64,000 nt of DNA, taken from positions 256,001-320,000 of the forward strand of contig CBDBFU010000014.1 in the NCBI GenBank assembly GCA_965205025.1, written 5' to 3'. Positions 1 through 8,905 of this stretch are shown here, piece by piece; within the stretch, counting starts at the first letter, position 1; each line of letters starts with the position of its first letter. The notes under the pieces were generated by a model, which was not told where the DNA came from, made no database searches, and was given only the letters and a program-made list of their open reading frames with translations. The position numbers were made by a program, and so were the translations under genes. Source of the stretch: Candidatus Poribacteria bacterium. GTDB lineage: Bacteria > Poribacteria > WGA-4E > WGA-3G.

Positions 1-846
1 ACTTATAACAGAGTTTGAAATTGATATTCAAATGCCCACTGATTCAGCACGCTTTATGAAAAAATGGTATCTTCCACGGGTAAAAGCAGAGATAGAATTT
101 GTCTATAATGAAATATGTAAGGTGGAAGATATATCTATAAAAAACGCTCTAATGCTTATTCTAAGTCGTACTATTCGTTCATGTAGAGCAACAACCCACG
201 CAGATTTAGGCACATTACGGAATCCAGTTACCACAACTTACTTTTGTAGAAAACATGGTAAAGTTTGTAAACCACTTTTTTTCAATTTTAGGTTGGTGGG
301 AACGGTATTGTAAGGATAGTATTGAACGATGGAATGAATATGGAAAGTTAAAGACGGATACACATCAATATTGTTTAACTGGGGATTCTCGTACAATAAA
401 CATCCTAACCATGTTAGAACAGACTAATAAGAAATTAGCAGAAATTGTTCAGAATAGACGAATAAAAGGTATTTTTACAAGTCCACCTTATGTTGGTTTG
501 ATTAATTACCACGAACAACATGCTTATGCTTATGATCTTTTTGGATTTAAAAGGTTAGACGAATTAGAGATTGGACCTCTCTTTAAAGGAAAGGGTAAAG
601 ATGCAAGAGAATCTTATGTCCAAGGTGTCTCAGAAGTTCTTAGGAACTGTAAACGATTCTTAGCAGATGATTATAATGTCTTTATCGTAGCCTAATGATA
701 AGTTTAACTTGTATCCAACAATTGCCGAATTAGCTGATATGAAGATAATAGATCAACACAAACGTCCGGTCCTAAACCGTACTGAGAAAAATAGAGACAC
801 AGCCTATTCGGAGACGATATTTCATTTGAAAGATAATCAGGTTTGA
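1..846 (+). CDS. DNA methyltransferase (N4-cytosine type, partner of the downstream REase); 5'-truncated by the window edge, with two apparent frameshifts
   Basis: ORF pieces 32-313 and 255-695 plus the frame 694-846 (NDKFNLYP...RPVLNRTE...ETIFHLKDNQV*) join into one protein with the catalytic motif FTSPPY. Shifts fall at the T-run near 276-282 and at 'gcctaat' near 691. Confidence 0.8.
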
Positions 847-850
847 AGAA

Positions 851-1621
851 ATGCTATTACAAAGACGCGAAATGATTAAAGAAAAGATAAAGGAGTGTCT
901 GCGTGATAAATTTCGAGAATATAATCCGGAAACAGACAATATGCCTTTTCATTATCGACTACTCGGAAGAGATAGGATGGCTTTATACTCGTTCATTCAT
1001 TCAATCAATACCAAATTCGGAATTTCATTTTATGAACCAGTTGCAATTGCTTTGGCAAAAGAAAGGTTTAAAATAGCAGACACACAAGTTAAACCTGGAG
1101 ACAAGATAAGTCTTGAAGCACATCAAAGAATACAGACAATAATGAACGGGTTAAGTACTGCAGAAAGAAATCCGAACAAGTCATTAGAAATTCAAGAGAT
1201 AAGGGAAGTCTGTACTTCAGGAAAATTAGAAGACGTTAAACTCACTAAAGTTGATGTCTGGTTAGAAACAGATGAAGGTGAATTGTTTCTAATTGACTTT
1301 AAAACTGTAAAACCTAACAAAGGTGATTTTCAGAAATTTAAGAGGACATTACTTGAATGGAGCGCTGCTGAATTAGCAAGAAATCCGGATGGTGTTGTTA
1401 ATGCTTTAATCGGCATACCATACAATCCTTATGAACCGAAACCATATCAACGATGGACTCTTAAGGGTATGTTTGATCTTAAACATGATATATTGATAGC
1501 AGAAGATCTATGGGATTTTATTGGTGGACAAGGAAGTTATGATGCATTATTGAATGCATTTGAACAAGCAGGGATAGAGTTAAGAAATGAAATTGATGAG
1601 TATTTTGCAAATTTTAAATGA
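851..1621 (+). CDS. Type II restriction endonuclease, TdeIII/MjaII-like family
   Basis: MPFHYRLLGRDRMALYSFIHS, a PD-(D/E)xK-like VDVWL...IDFKTVKPN and IPYNPYEP motifs; directly downstream of the MTase. Confidence 0.75.
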   Translation: MLLQRREMIKEKIKECLRDKFREYNPETDNMPFHYRLLGRDRMALYSFIHSINTKFGISFYEPVAIALAKERFKIADTQVKPGDKISLEAHQRIQTIMNGLSTAERNPNKSLEIQEIREVCTSGKLEDVKLTKVDVWLETDEGELFLIDFKTVKPNKGDFQKFKRTLLEWSAAELARNPDGVVNALIGIPYNPYEPKPYQRWTLKGMFDLKHDILIAEDLWDFIGGQGSYDALLNAFEQAGIELRNEIDEYFANFK

Positions 1622-1648
1622 AAATACAAGTTCATTACTCAATTTAAC

Positions 1649-2392
1649 ATGGAGGACATTATGTCTCAGATAAAATCAGTATTCTTATGGGAAAACCAAC
1701 GACGGTATATTCGAGAAGCAATAGATGAAGGCACCCTCAAAGGAGCAATTATACCAACAGGTAGTACAGAACAACACAATGAACACTTGGCAATGTATCA
1801 CGATACACAAAGTGCAGTCTATGTATCTAAATTGGTCGCTGAAAAATTGTATCCAAAGGTTGTTGTAACTACACCATTGGCAATTGGGGTTTCAGAACAC
1901 TGGATGGACCATAAAGGCACACTTACACTTCGCGCGGAAGTCTTTGGTGAAGTACTATACGATGTAGCTGACAGTATGCGGCGCCACGGAATAGAAAACA
2001 TATTGATTGTAAATGGCCATGCAGGGAATGCAGGTCCAGTAACCCAACGATTGGATAGGTATAGAGAAAAACTTGGAATCAACATAGCGTTTCATTCATA
2101 CTGGGAAGCATATACCAGTGAGTTAGTACAAGAACAGATGGAATCTGGAGTATGTCCCGGCCATGCTGCAGAATTTGAAACGGCTTTTGCCCTCGCAGCA
2201 TTTGCAGAAAACGTTGATTGGGATGGGGTTGATTATGATAGTGCTAAACTAACAATTTCAAACGAAGGACAGGCTCAATCTGATAGAGAATACCATCATC
2301 AAGCGAAACTTGCTACAACTGAAAAAGGTCAGGTAATGATTGATGTAGCAGTTGATTGGGTTGCTAAAAAAATGCAGAATTTGATGTCATAG
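1649..2392 (+). CDS. Creatininase/creatinine amidohydrolase family protein
   Basis: PTGSTEQHNEHL...D, GVSEHW, VNGHAGN and GHAAEFET motifs. Confidence 0.85.
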   Translation: MEDIMSQIKSVFLWENQRRYIREAIDEGTLKGAIIPTGSTEQHNEHLAMYHDTQSAVYVSKLVAEKLYPKVVVTTPLAIGVSEHWMDHKGTLTLRAEVFGEVLYDVADSMRRHGIENILIVNGHAGNAGPVTQRLDRYREKLGINIAFHSYWEAYTSELVQEQMESGVCPGHAAEFETAFALAAFAENVDWDGVDYDSAKLTISNEGQAQSDREYHHQAKLATTEKGQVMIDVAVDWVAKKMQNLMS

Positions 2393-2418
2393 ATTATATA
2401 AAACTTTGTTCATTATGA

Positions 2419-2446
2419 AAGGCGCGTATATTATGCGCGCCTTCTT
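2419..2446. terminator. GC-rich hairpin, probable intrinsic terminator between convergent genes
   Basis: aaggcgcgta...tgcgcgcctt inverted repeat just after the stop at 2392. Confidence 0.55.
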
Positions 2447-2560
2447 ATACCATTTCTATTTAAATAGTTCACATTACGAATACTCTTAGTAGTCCCCCTG
2501 ATAAGGGGGATTTAGGGGGTTTCTTTAATTAATAATGGGCGATCATTATTTAGAAATGGT
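2447..2560. mobile_element. MITE-like element, TIR ATACCATTTCT...AGAAATGGT, carrying a CCCCCTGATAAGGGGG palindrome
   Basis: Same terminal repeats as the copies at 3380, 23066 and 26531. Confidence 0.6.
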
Positions 2561-2569
2561 ATTATATTT

Positions 2570-3361
2570 CTAATGACCCTCAAGTGCCTTTCGAAGACCA
2601 TCACCGTGCTCACGCCACCATCCATATAAGATTGAAATATCTGTTCCTATACAGAAATGTCTTACACCCATATCGAGAAATCGTTTTGCCCCATCAGCAC
2701 TACCAATTTCCGCACGAGGGGGTACACCCATCTCTAAAGCTGTTTTAAATACTTTCATCTCTGTATCTTGGATTTCTTGTGAACCCCGCTGACCTACCTT
2801 CCCAATACTCATAGAATAATCTGATCCACCCCACTGAATCATATCTACGCCATCAACAGATAACACCTCTTCAAGATTCTCAACTGTTCCTTTCTTCTCA
2901 ATCATAATGACTACGACAACATCTCTTAAGGCTTGTACGTATTCCGGACCACCACCATATCCCATATACGAAAAACGCCTTGTCGCAACACCATAACTAC
3001 CCCCATCTTCAGGCGTATCTGCTCTTGTTATCTTTACACATTCTTTTACATCATCAACATTTTGACAATCCGCATAGAGAACACTTTGGAAACCGGATCC
3101 GATAGCGCGTTGAGCAATGAATCCGCGCGGCTCCTGGTCAACTTTGATCATTGTTGAAATGTTATGTAGTTCTGCTGCTCTACACAGATTATCCAAATCG
3201 TGGAGATCAAAGGGTCCGTATTCTCCTACAAATTCTACATAATCATACATTCCTGTATGACCTATGGCTTCAACAATTGAGGGCCATGTCGTATGAATAT
3301 GTGTTCCGACAGTAGGTTTGTCAGCATTGAGTAATTCTCGAAAGGTATTTTCTCTCATCAA
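2570..3361 (-). CDS. HpcH/HpaI aldolase/citrate lyase family protein
   Basis: GMYDYVEFVGEYGPFD and VVVIMIEKKGTVENLEEVLSVDGVDMIQWGGSDYSMSIG motifs. Confidence 0.85.
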   Translation of the reverse strand: MMRENTFRELLNADKPTVGTHIHTTWPSIVEAIGHTGMYDYVEFVGEYGPFDLHDLDNLCRAAELHNISTMIKVDQEPRGFIAQRAIGSGFQSVLYADCQNVDDVKECVKITRADTPEDGGSYGVATRRFSYMGYGGGPEYVQALRDVVVVIMIEKKGTVENLEEVLSVDGVDMIQWGGSDYSMSIGKVGQRGSQEIQDTEMKVFKTALEMGVPPRAEIGSADGAKRFLDMGVRHFCIGTDISILYGWWREHGDGLRKALEGH

Positions 3362-3379
3362 TCTTCCTTTTCTATAATA

Positions 3380-3850
3380 ATACCATTTCTGGTAATTAAA
3401 GTCTCATTAATAGAATCTCTTTAATGTAGCACAAACTGTATGAAGATTAACTTTTTAAATCGGTAATTCTAATTCCACAGACCCGGTATGCGGGGAATGC
3501 TAAATAGCATTCATACCGTTGATTTCTTGAGTCCCGTAGGGACGGAATGTCTATAGCAAAGGTATATATCCACATAATTGAGTCCCGTAGGGACGGAATG
3601 TGTATTGAAGTCGTTATCGCCAATATCCTAAGCCCCAGCGGGGCGAAAGGTGTGTAGAAAACGTACTAAACCACTAAACCTAAGCCCCGGTGAATGCCAT
3701 AAGGCATTCATACCGTTGATTTGCGGGGCGAAAGGTGTATCCTTAACCCGTATAATACCGAATTAATATATTAATCTTCATTTAGTTTGTGCAGTATTTC
3801 AAGCCATGCATAAAAAATGTTGATGGGATAAACATTTTTAGAAATGGTAT
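3380..3850. mobile_element. Nested MITE: outer TIR ATACCATTTCT/AGAAATGGTAT, inner ATGAAGATTAA/TTAATCTTCAT element, plus REP-like palindromes and two 34-bp hairpin elements
   Basis: TIRs are visible directly. An empty outer element lies at 26531-26658 and a free inner element at 24903-25017. Confidence 0.75.
3531..3740. repeat. Cluster of REP-like palindromes (GTCCCGTAGGGACGGAATGT x2; AGCCCCAGCGGGGCGAAAGGTGT x2)
   Basis: Short GC hairpins with conserved tails; related copies at 25967, 26017, 26431, 26481, 63130 and 63181. Confidence 0.7.
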
Positions 3851-4153
3851 AACGCCAGTTTGATAATAAATATGTCAGCTCGATAAATAGTATTTTGTCC
3901 TGAGAATAGTCTTTGTAGCACAAACTTTCCAGTTTGTGCACTCTGGTGTAAACTAAAAGTTTGGGTTACAATGTGTCTTATCAAACTCACGTCATAATAA
4001 TTAAACGATCTACAACTTGTGATAGTAAAAATCTAATGGTATCTATACTACCAGTAATTGATATATTTTTCAACGGCAAAATAGGATTGCTTAGGTGATG
4101 TATTTCTGTTAAACTGATAACAAAACGTGCTAATATAGGAATCTTGTAAAACG

Positions 4154-4936
4154 ATGAAAAATCCAATAAGTCTACCATCAAACTTCTCAGATTATCTACA
4201 AATAGAAAATGCTGACATCCGTTTCCAAGAAGCCACAGATGTTGCTATGAAAATCACAGACGCAGGTGTAAAAATCTATCCGAATATGGATCATGCCGCC
4301 ATTTTCTGTGACCCGCCTCATCTGGTAGCAGATGGTCTGAAACAACTCGGTTATATAAACGGTTGGGATGCAAGATGTTATCCATCCCCTGTTGACGGTT
4401 GTGATTATATAAATGTCTCTGCGCAATTATCTACAGACAGTCCAGCAAGAAAAGAGGGATGGTTTGATTATGTTGCTGTTGTTCATCCTGTTGATAAAAT
4501 AGCATTAGAACATATGCTCGGACAAGGACATGGCAATCCGTTTATACATCATCTGACGTGGGGTATAATTGCTCCAGAACGTGGAAAAAACAATGATTTT
4601 GAATATGCCAGTACGGTTGTACCTTTTATGGTTAATCAACGACAGATTATAGGGGAGGCTATAGGAGATGAACCTGGGACACTTATAATAGCACTGCCAG
4701 AAAACGTCGTTTCAAATCCTAAATTGCAAGATGAATTACCACAGTGGTTAGGAGATTTAAAAGAAGACGAATATCAGATAGAATCCATGCAAGGCGGCGG
4801 TTTTCTGATACAATTCTTTGTGTTAACAGGTGGTAGGATAGAAGTCGCCTTACGGGTAGATACAACCCAAACCTTCAACCCGAAAAGTGTTCACAAAATA
4901 TCCGAAGACGAGATAAGTGCTATTCAAGGAAAATAA
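4154..4936 (+). CDS. Hypothetical protein, possibly a VOC/4-hydroxyphenylpyruvate dioxygenase-like metalloenzyme
   Basis: 260-aa ORF; DHAAI, FIHHLTW, GGFLIQFF and RIEVALR resemble a 2-His-1-Glu HPPD-like pattern (inference). Confidence 0.45.
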   Translation: MKNPISLPSNFSDYLQIENADIRFQEATDVAMKITDAGVKIYPNMDHAAIFCDPPHLVADGLKQLGYINGWDARCYPSPVDGCDYINVSAQLSTDSPARKEGWFDYVAVVHPVDKIALEHMLGQGHGNPFIHHLTWGIIAPERGKNNDFEYASTVVPFMVNQRQIIGEAIGDEPGTLIIALPENVVSNPKLQDELPQWLGDLKEDEYQIESMQGGGFLIQFFVLTGGRIEVALRVDTTQTFNPKSVHKISEDEISAIQGK

Positions 4937-4943
4937 TACTGAT

Positions 4944-5133
4944 CAGGACTTACGCATTTCATCTTAAAGTCCCCTTGATAAGGGGCGGGGAATGCCCTAA
5001 GGCATTCATACCCGGGGAATGCTAAATAGCATTCATACCGTTGATTCCTTGATTCTTTAGGGGGTTAAAACACCGAAATGACGGCTTTTTAAGTCAAATT
5101 TTACCTTTTTCTAATTAAGTTGCGTAAGTCCTG
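4944..5133. mobile_element. MITE with TIR CAGGACTTACGCA and a 6-bp target duplication ACTGAT; contains a doubly nested 34-bp hairpin element
   Basis: ACTGAT at 4938-4943 and 5134-5139; insertion-free copy at 26257-26376. Confidence 0.85.
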
Positions 5134-5179
5134 ACTGATAATTCTTAAAACTAAATAATCCTACCCATTTTATCGTTTC

Positions 5180-5208
5180 TTGACCATATACCCCTCCTAT
5201 GTTATAAT
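5180..5208 (+). promoter_or_regulatory. Sigma70-type promoter at the start of the defence island
   Basis: TTGACC-17 bp-TATAAT with TG extended -10. Confidence 0.6.
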
Positions 5209-5244
5209 CCTCTTACCCAATCCAGATATACACTGAGGGGATAT

Positions 5245-5511
5245 ATGTCAGAAACAGAACAATTATACCTTCCTTTACAAACCGAAAGTAGCCATACTGA
5301 TAACGGTTTTTACGATTCACTAAATTTCATCAGAGAAAACGCAAATTCACAATACGGGGTTGGTAAGGTTTTTGAACGACAACCCCTCACACTGCAGGAA
5401 CATCAACAGAAAGCCTATGACGATGTTATCAACGGTTTCAAAGAATCTGATCGTGGCAAACTAATCATGGCGTGCGGCACACGCAACCCCCTTATACTAC
5501 AACAAAAATAG
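5245..5511 (+). pseudogene. Remnant of a restriction-associated helicase (type ISP/Mrr-helicase-like)
   Basis: LQEHQQKAYDDVINGFKESDRGKLIMACGT stops before completing Walker A (GTGKT); appears internally deleted. Confidence 0.6.
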
Positions 5512-5521
5512 AGGTACCTAC

Positions 5522-8500
5522 ATGTCAAATGAAAAACCATTCGTGAAATCCGGTATCCGAGACAATCTCGGTCGTGGAACGGTTCACAAATTCTTAGAGG
5601 AAGGAATTCAAAACGGTTCCACTCTCTCTATTGTATCTGCCTACTTCACCATCTACGCCTATGAAAAACTCCAACATGTTCTCAACGAAATTGAAGAACT
5701 CCGATTTCTTTTCGGCGATCCTGATTTTGTTAAACGTATGGACCCAAATAATACCGACAAAAAAGCGTTTGGAATAACAGATACCGGTTTAGAACTCAAT
5801 CGACAACTACGGCAGAAACCTCTTGCCAAAGCGTGTGCCAAATGGATAAAAGAGAAGGTTCAAATCCGCACAACTCGACAATCAAATCTACTCCACGGAA
5901 AAATGTATCACATTGACAATCAGGGTGTTGAGAAAGCAATTCTCGGCAGTTCTAACTTTACGGTGCGAGGACTCGGACTGAGTGCAAATAGCAATAACAT
6001 TGAACTCAACATGGTGGTGGATAGTGACCGAGACCGCGCCGATCTAAAGCAGTGGTTTGACGAAATCTGGAATGATGATAAACTTGTTGAAGATGTGAAA
6101 ACGTTGGTGCTTGCAAAGTTAGCACAAATGGGAAAAGACCATGCCCCTGAACTAATTTACTACAAAACTCTTTATGAACTATTTAGAGAAGAAATTGCAA
6201 CACGGCAAGCCAGTGAACAGAACATTGAAGATATACATCTCTATGACACCCTCATTTGGAACAAATTATACCAATTTCAGAAAGATGGAGCAAAGAGTGT
6301 TATCGCACGACTATTACGGCACAACGGATGCATCTTAGCCGATAGTGTAGGTTTAGGAAAAACCTTTACCGCCCTCGCTGTCATCAAATTCTTTGAATTA
6401 AGAAACGAACGCGTACTTGTCCTATGTCCAAAAAAACTCAGAGAAAATTGGGCACTTTATCCTGCATATAACGCCCAAACCTCAAATGAATTTCTTGACG
6501 ACAAATTCAATTACACTGTCCTATCACATACCGATCTCTCTCGATATACAGGTGAATCCGGTAGTGTCAATTTGGAGGATTTCAATTGGAGTAGTTTTGA
6601 CCTAATTGTAATTGACGAATCACATAACTTCCGAAATGACACCAAACCTGTTCGTGACAGTGATGGCACATTTATTAGGCATAGCCGGTATTCACGGCTA
6701 ATTGAAGAAGTTATCAAAAGTGGCACGAAAACAAAAGTCCTGATGTTGTCTGCAACACCTGTCAATACTTCCCTTATAGATCTACGCAATCAGATACATC
6801 TCATGACAGAGAAGCGGGAGGACGTTTTCCAAGACAGTTTAGGTGTGAGTAATATCGGTAATTTGTTACGCCAAACACAGAAGGCATTTAAAGCATGGGA
6901 AGAACAAGCAGCGAAAGAAGGTGTCAGAGACAAAGCAAAACTACTGGCATCTTTAGGGGCAGATTTTTTCCAATTACTTGGCGGTGTTTCCATAGCACGT
7001 TCACGAAGACATATTAAAACGTTCTATGCAGACGAGATGCAAAATATAGGAGAATTTCCAACACATGAAAAACCGGAAAACTGCCATCCACCGACAGATT
7101 TGAAAGGAAAACTTTCCTATAAAGAATTAGCAGATCAGATCGGAGATTTTGAATTAGCCATCTATAGACCCTCCAGTTATCTTATTAGTGAAGAAGCAAA
7201 ACAACGTTTGGCAGATGAGAAAAAGAGATATCGCTTTAATCAAGAAGACAGAGAAAAATTCCTTATCGGCATGATGCAAACTAATTTTCTGAAGCGACTT
7301 GAAAGCTCCGCATTCTCCTTGTCCGAAACCCTTGAACGCACGATAGACAAAATTGACAATATGCTGGATAAGATAGACCGATATAAAAAGAACCAAAAGT
7401 TAACTGACTCGGACCTCAGTGAGGATATACTACCCGAAGATGACGATGATGATGAAGATTTCTTGATAAACCGCGCAAAATATCCATATCACCTAAGCGA
7501 ATTGGATCTGAATCAGTGGAAACAAGACCTCCACAAGGACAAACAAACCTTAACCGTTGCATGGAACAATGTCAGATCTATCACGCCAGATAGAGACGGT
7601 AAACTCAAAGCAATTAAGAAACATATACGACAAAAGCATGAAAAACCAACAAAAGATTTGGAAGGAAACCTAAACAAGAAATTGTTAGTGTTTTCTACCT
7701 TTAAAGATACTGCAGAATATCTATATGAGAATCTATCTGATCTGGCATCAGAACTGGATATTAATATGGCAATGGTATCAGGTGATCTAACACGAACAAA
7801 ATGTAGAAAGAAGGACTTCAACGCAATTCTCACTAATTTCGCCCCAAACGCACGAAACAGATCAGAAACGTCAGATGACAATATTGACCTACTAATTGCT
7901 ACAGACTGTATCTCCGAAGGGCAAAACCTGCAGGATTGTGATACCGTCATCAATTATGATATACACTGGAATCCTGTGCGGATTATTCAACGTTTCGGAC
8001 GGATTGACCGAATCGGAAGCAAGAATGAATCCGTGAAAATGATAAATTATTGGCCCACCGAGGACATGGAAGTATATCTACAATTAAGAAGCCGAGTTGC
8101 ATCACGCATGGCACTCGCAGATGCAACAGCAAGTGGAGATGACGACCCTCTCAACGAATTCACTTATGAACAAGCACAAATGGAACTTAATTTTCGAGAT
8201 AAACAGTTAGAAAAACTAAGAAATGAAGTCATAGACTTGGACGAACTCTCTGAGGGAGTAGTACTCAGTGATTTCACTTTGGATTACTTCTTTACGCAAC
8301 TCCTAAGATATCTTGAAAGAAATAGGGCTGAATTGGACGCAACACCAGACGGAGCCTATGCCGTAACAGACAATACTATTGATACGATGAACAACGGTGT
8401 TATCTTCTTCCTAAAACTGCGGAATGCAAGCACAGACAAAAAGGAAAAAACCGCAAGTCCAATCCACCCATATTATACGGTGTTTATACGTAACAACCAT

Positions 8501-8821
8501 GATATCCGTTATGGATGCATGAATGTTAAACAGATTTTAGACCTGTTTGAAGTAATAACAGAAGGTAAAACAGAAGCAATTGACAAACTCTGTTTATGGT
8601 TTGATCAAGAAACTAAACACGGAAAAGACATGGATCATTACAATGAACTTCTCAATACAGTCGTGAAGCAAATCACAAGCTCCCATACGAAGACACAAAA
8701 GCAAGGTTTGAAAAGAGGTGGAGATCGCAACTTCAAACTCACCAAATCATCTGAAGCACCAAAAAGCACAAGTGACTTTGAATTAATTACATGGTTAGTT
8801 ATCAGATCCCCTATCAATTGA
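5522..8821 (+). CDS. PLD-nuclease + SNF2-family helicase (R-M/DISARM-associated type)
   Basis: LHGKMY...GSSNFT (PLD HKD-like), LADSVGLGKT, IDESHNFRN, LSATP, SEGQNLQ, HWNP and QRFGRIDRIG motifs. Confidence 0.9.
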   Translation: MSNEKPFVKSGIRDNLGRGTVHKFLEEGIQNGSTLSIVSAYFTIYAYEKLQHVLNEIEELRFLFGDPDFVKRMDPNNTDKKAFGITDTGLELNRQLRQKPLAKACAKWIKEKVQIRTTRQSNLLHGKMYHIDNQGVEKAILGSSNFTVRGLGLSANSNNIELNMVVDSDRDRADLKQWFDEIWNDDKLVEDVKTLVLAKLAQMGKDHAPELIYYKTLYELFREEIATRQASEQNIEDIHLYDTLIWNKLYQFQKDGAKSVIARLLRHNGCILADSVGLGKTFTALAVIKFFELRNERVLVLCPKKLRENWALYPAYNAQTSNEFLDDKFNYTVLSHTDLSRYTGESGSVNLEDFNWSSFDLIVIDESHNFRNDTKPVRDSDGTFIRHSRYSRLIEEVIKSGTKTKVLMLSATPVNTSLIDLRNQIHLMTEKREDVFQDSLGVSNIGNLLRQTQKAFKAWEEQAAKEGVRDKAKLLASLGADFFQLLGGVSIARSRRHIKTFYADEMQNIGEFPTHEKPENCHPPTDLKGKLSYKELADQIGDFELAIYRPSSYLISEEAKQRLADEKKRYRFNQEDREKFLIGMMQTNFLKRLESSAFSLSETLERTIDKIDNMLDKIDRYKKNQKLTDSDLSEDILPEDDDDDEDFLINRAKYPYHLSELDLNQWKQDLHKDKQTLTVAWNNVRSITPDRDGKLKAIKKHIRQKHEKPTKDLEGNLNKKLLVFSTFKDTAEYLYENLSDLASELDINMAMVSGDLTRTKCRKKDFNAILTNFAPNARNRSETSDDNIDLLIATDCISEGQNLQDCDTVINYDIHWNPVRIIQRFGRIDRIGSKNESVKMINYWPTEDMEVYLQLRSRVASRMALADATASGDDDPLNEFTYEQAQMELNFRDKQLEKLRNEVIDLDELSEGVVLSDFTLDYFFTQLLRYLERNRAELDATPDGAYAVTDNTIDTMNNGVIFFLKLRNASTDKKEKTASPIHPYYTVFIRNNHDIRYGCMNVKQILDLFEVITEGKTEAIDKLCLWFDQETKHGKDMDHYNELLNTVVKQITSSHTKTQKQGLKRGGDRNFKLTKSSEAPKSTSDFELITWLVIRSPIN

Positions 8822-8905
8822 GAGGAATGTATTGTTCGTAGTCACGCAATTCATTGCCCTCTTACATTATCATTATCTTATAGATCTTAACAAAGAGAAT
8901 TCTAT

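Noticed and set aside
3531-3740. Regularly spaced palindromic repeats resembling a mini-CRISPR
   Set aside because: Only two copies per repeat type, embedded in MITEs, and no cas genes; better explained as REP-like elements.
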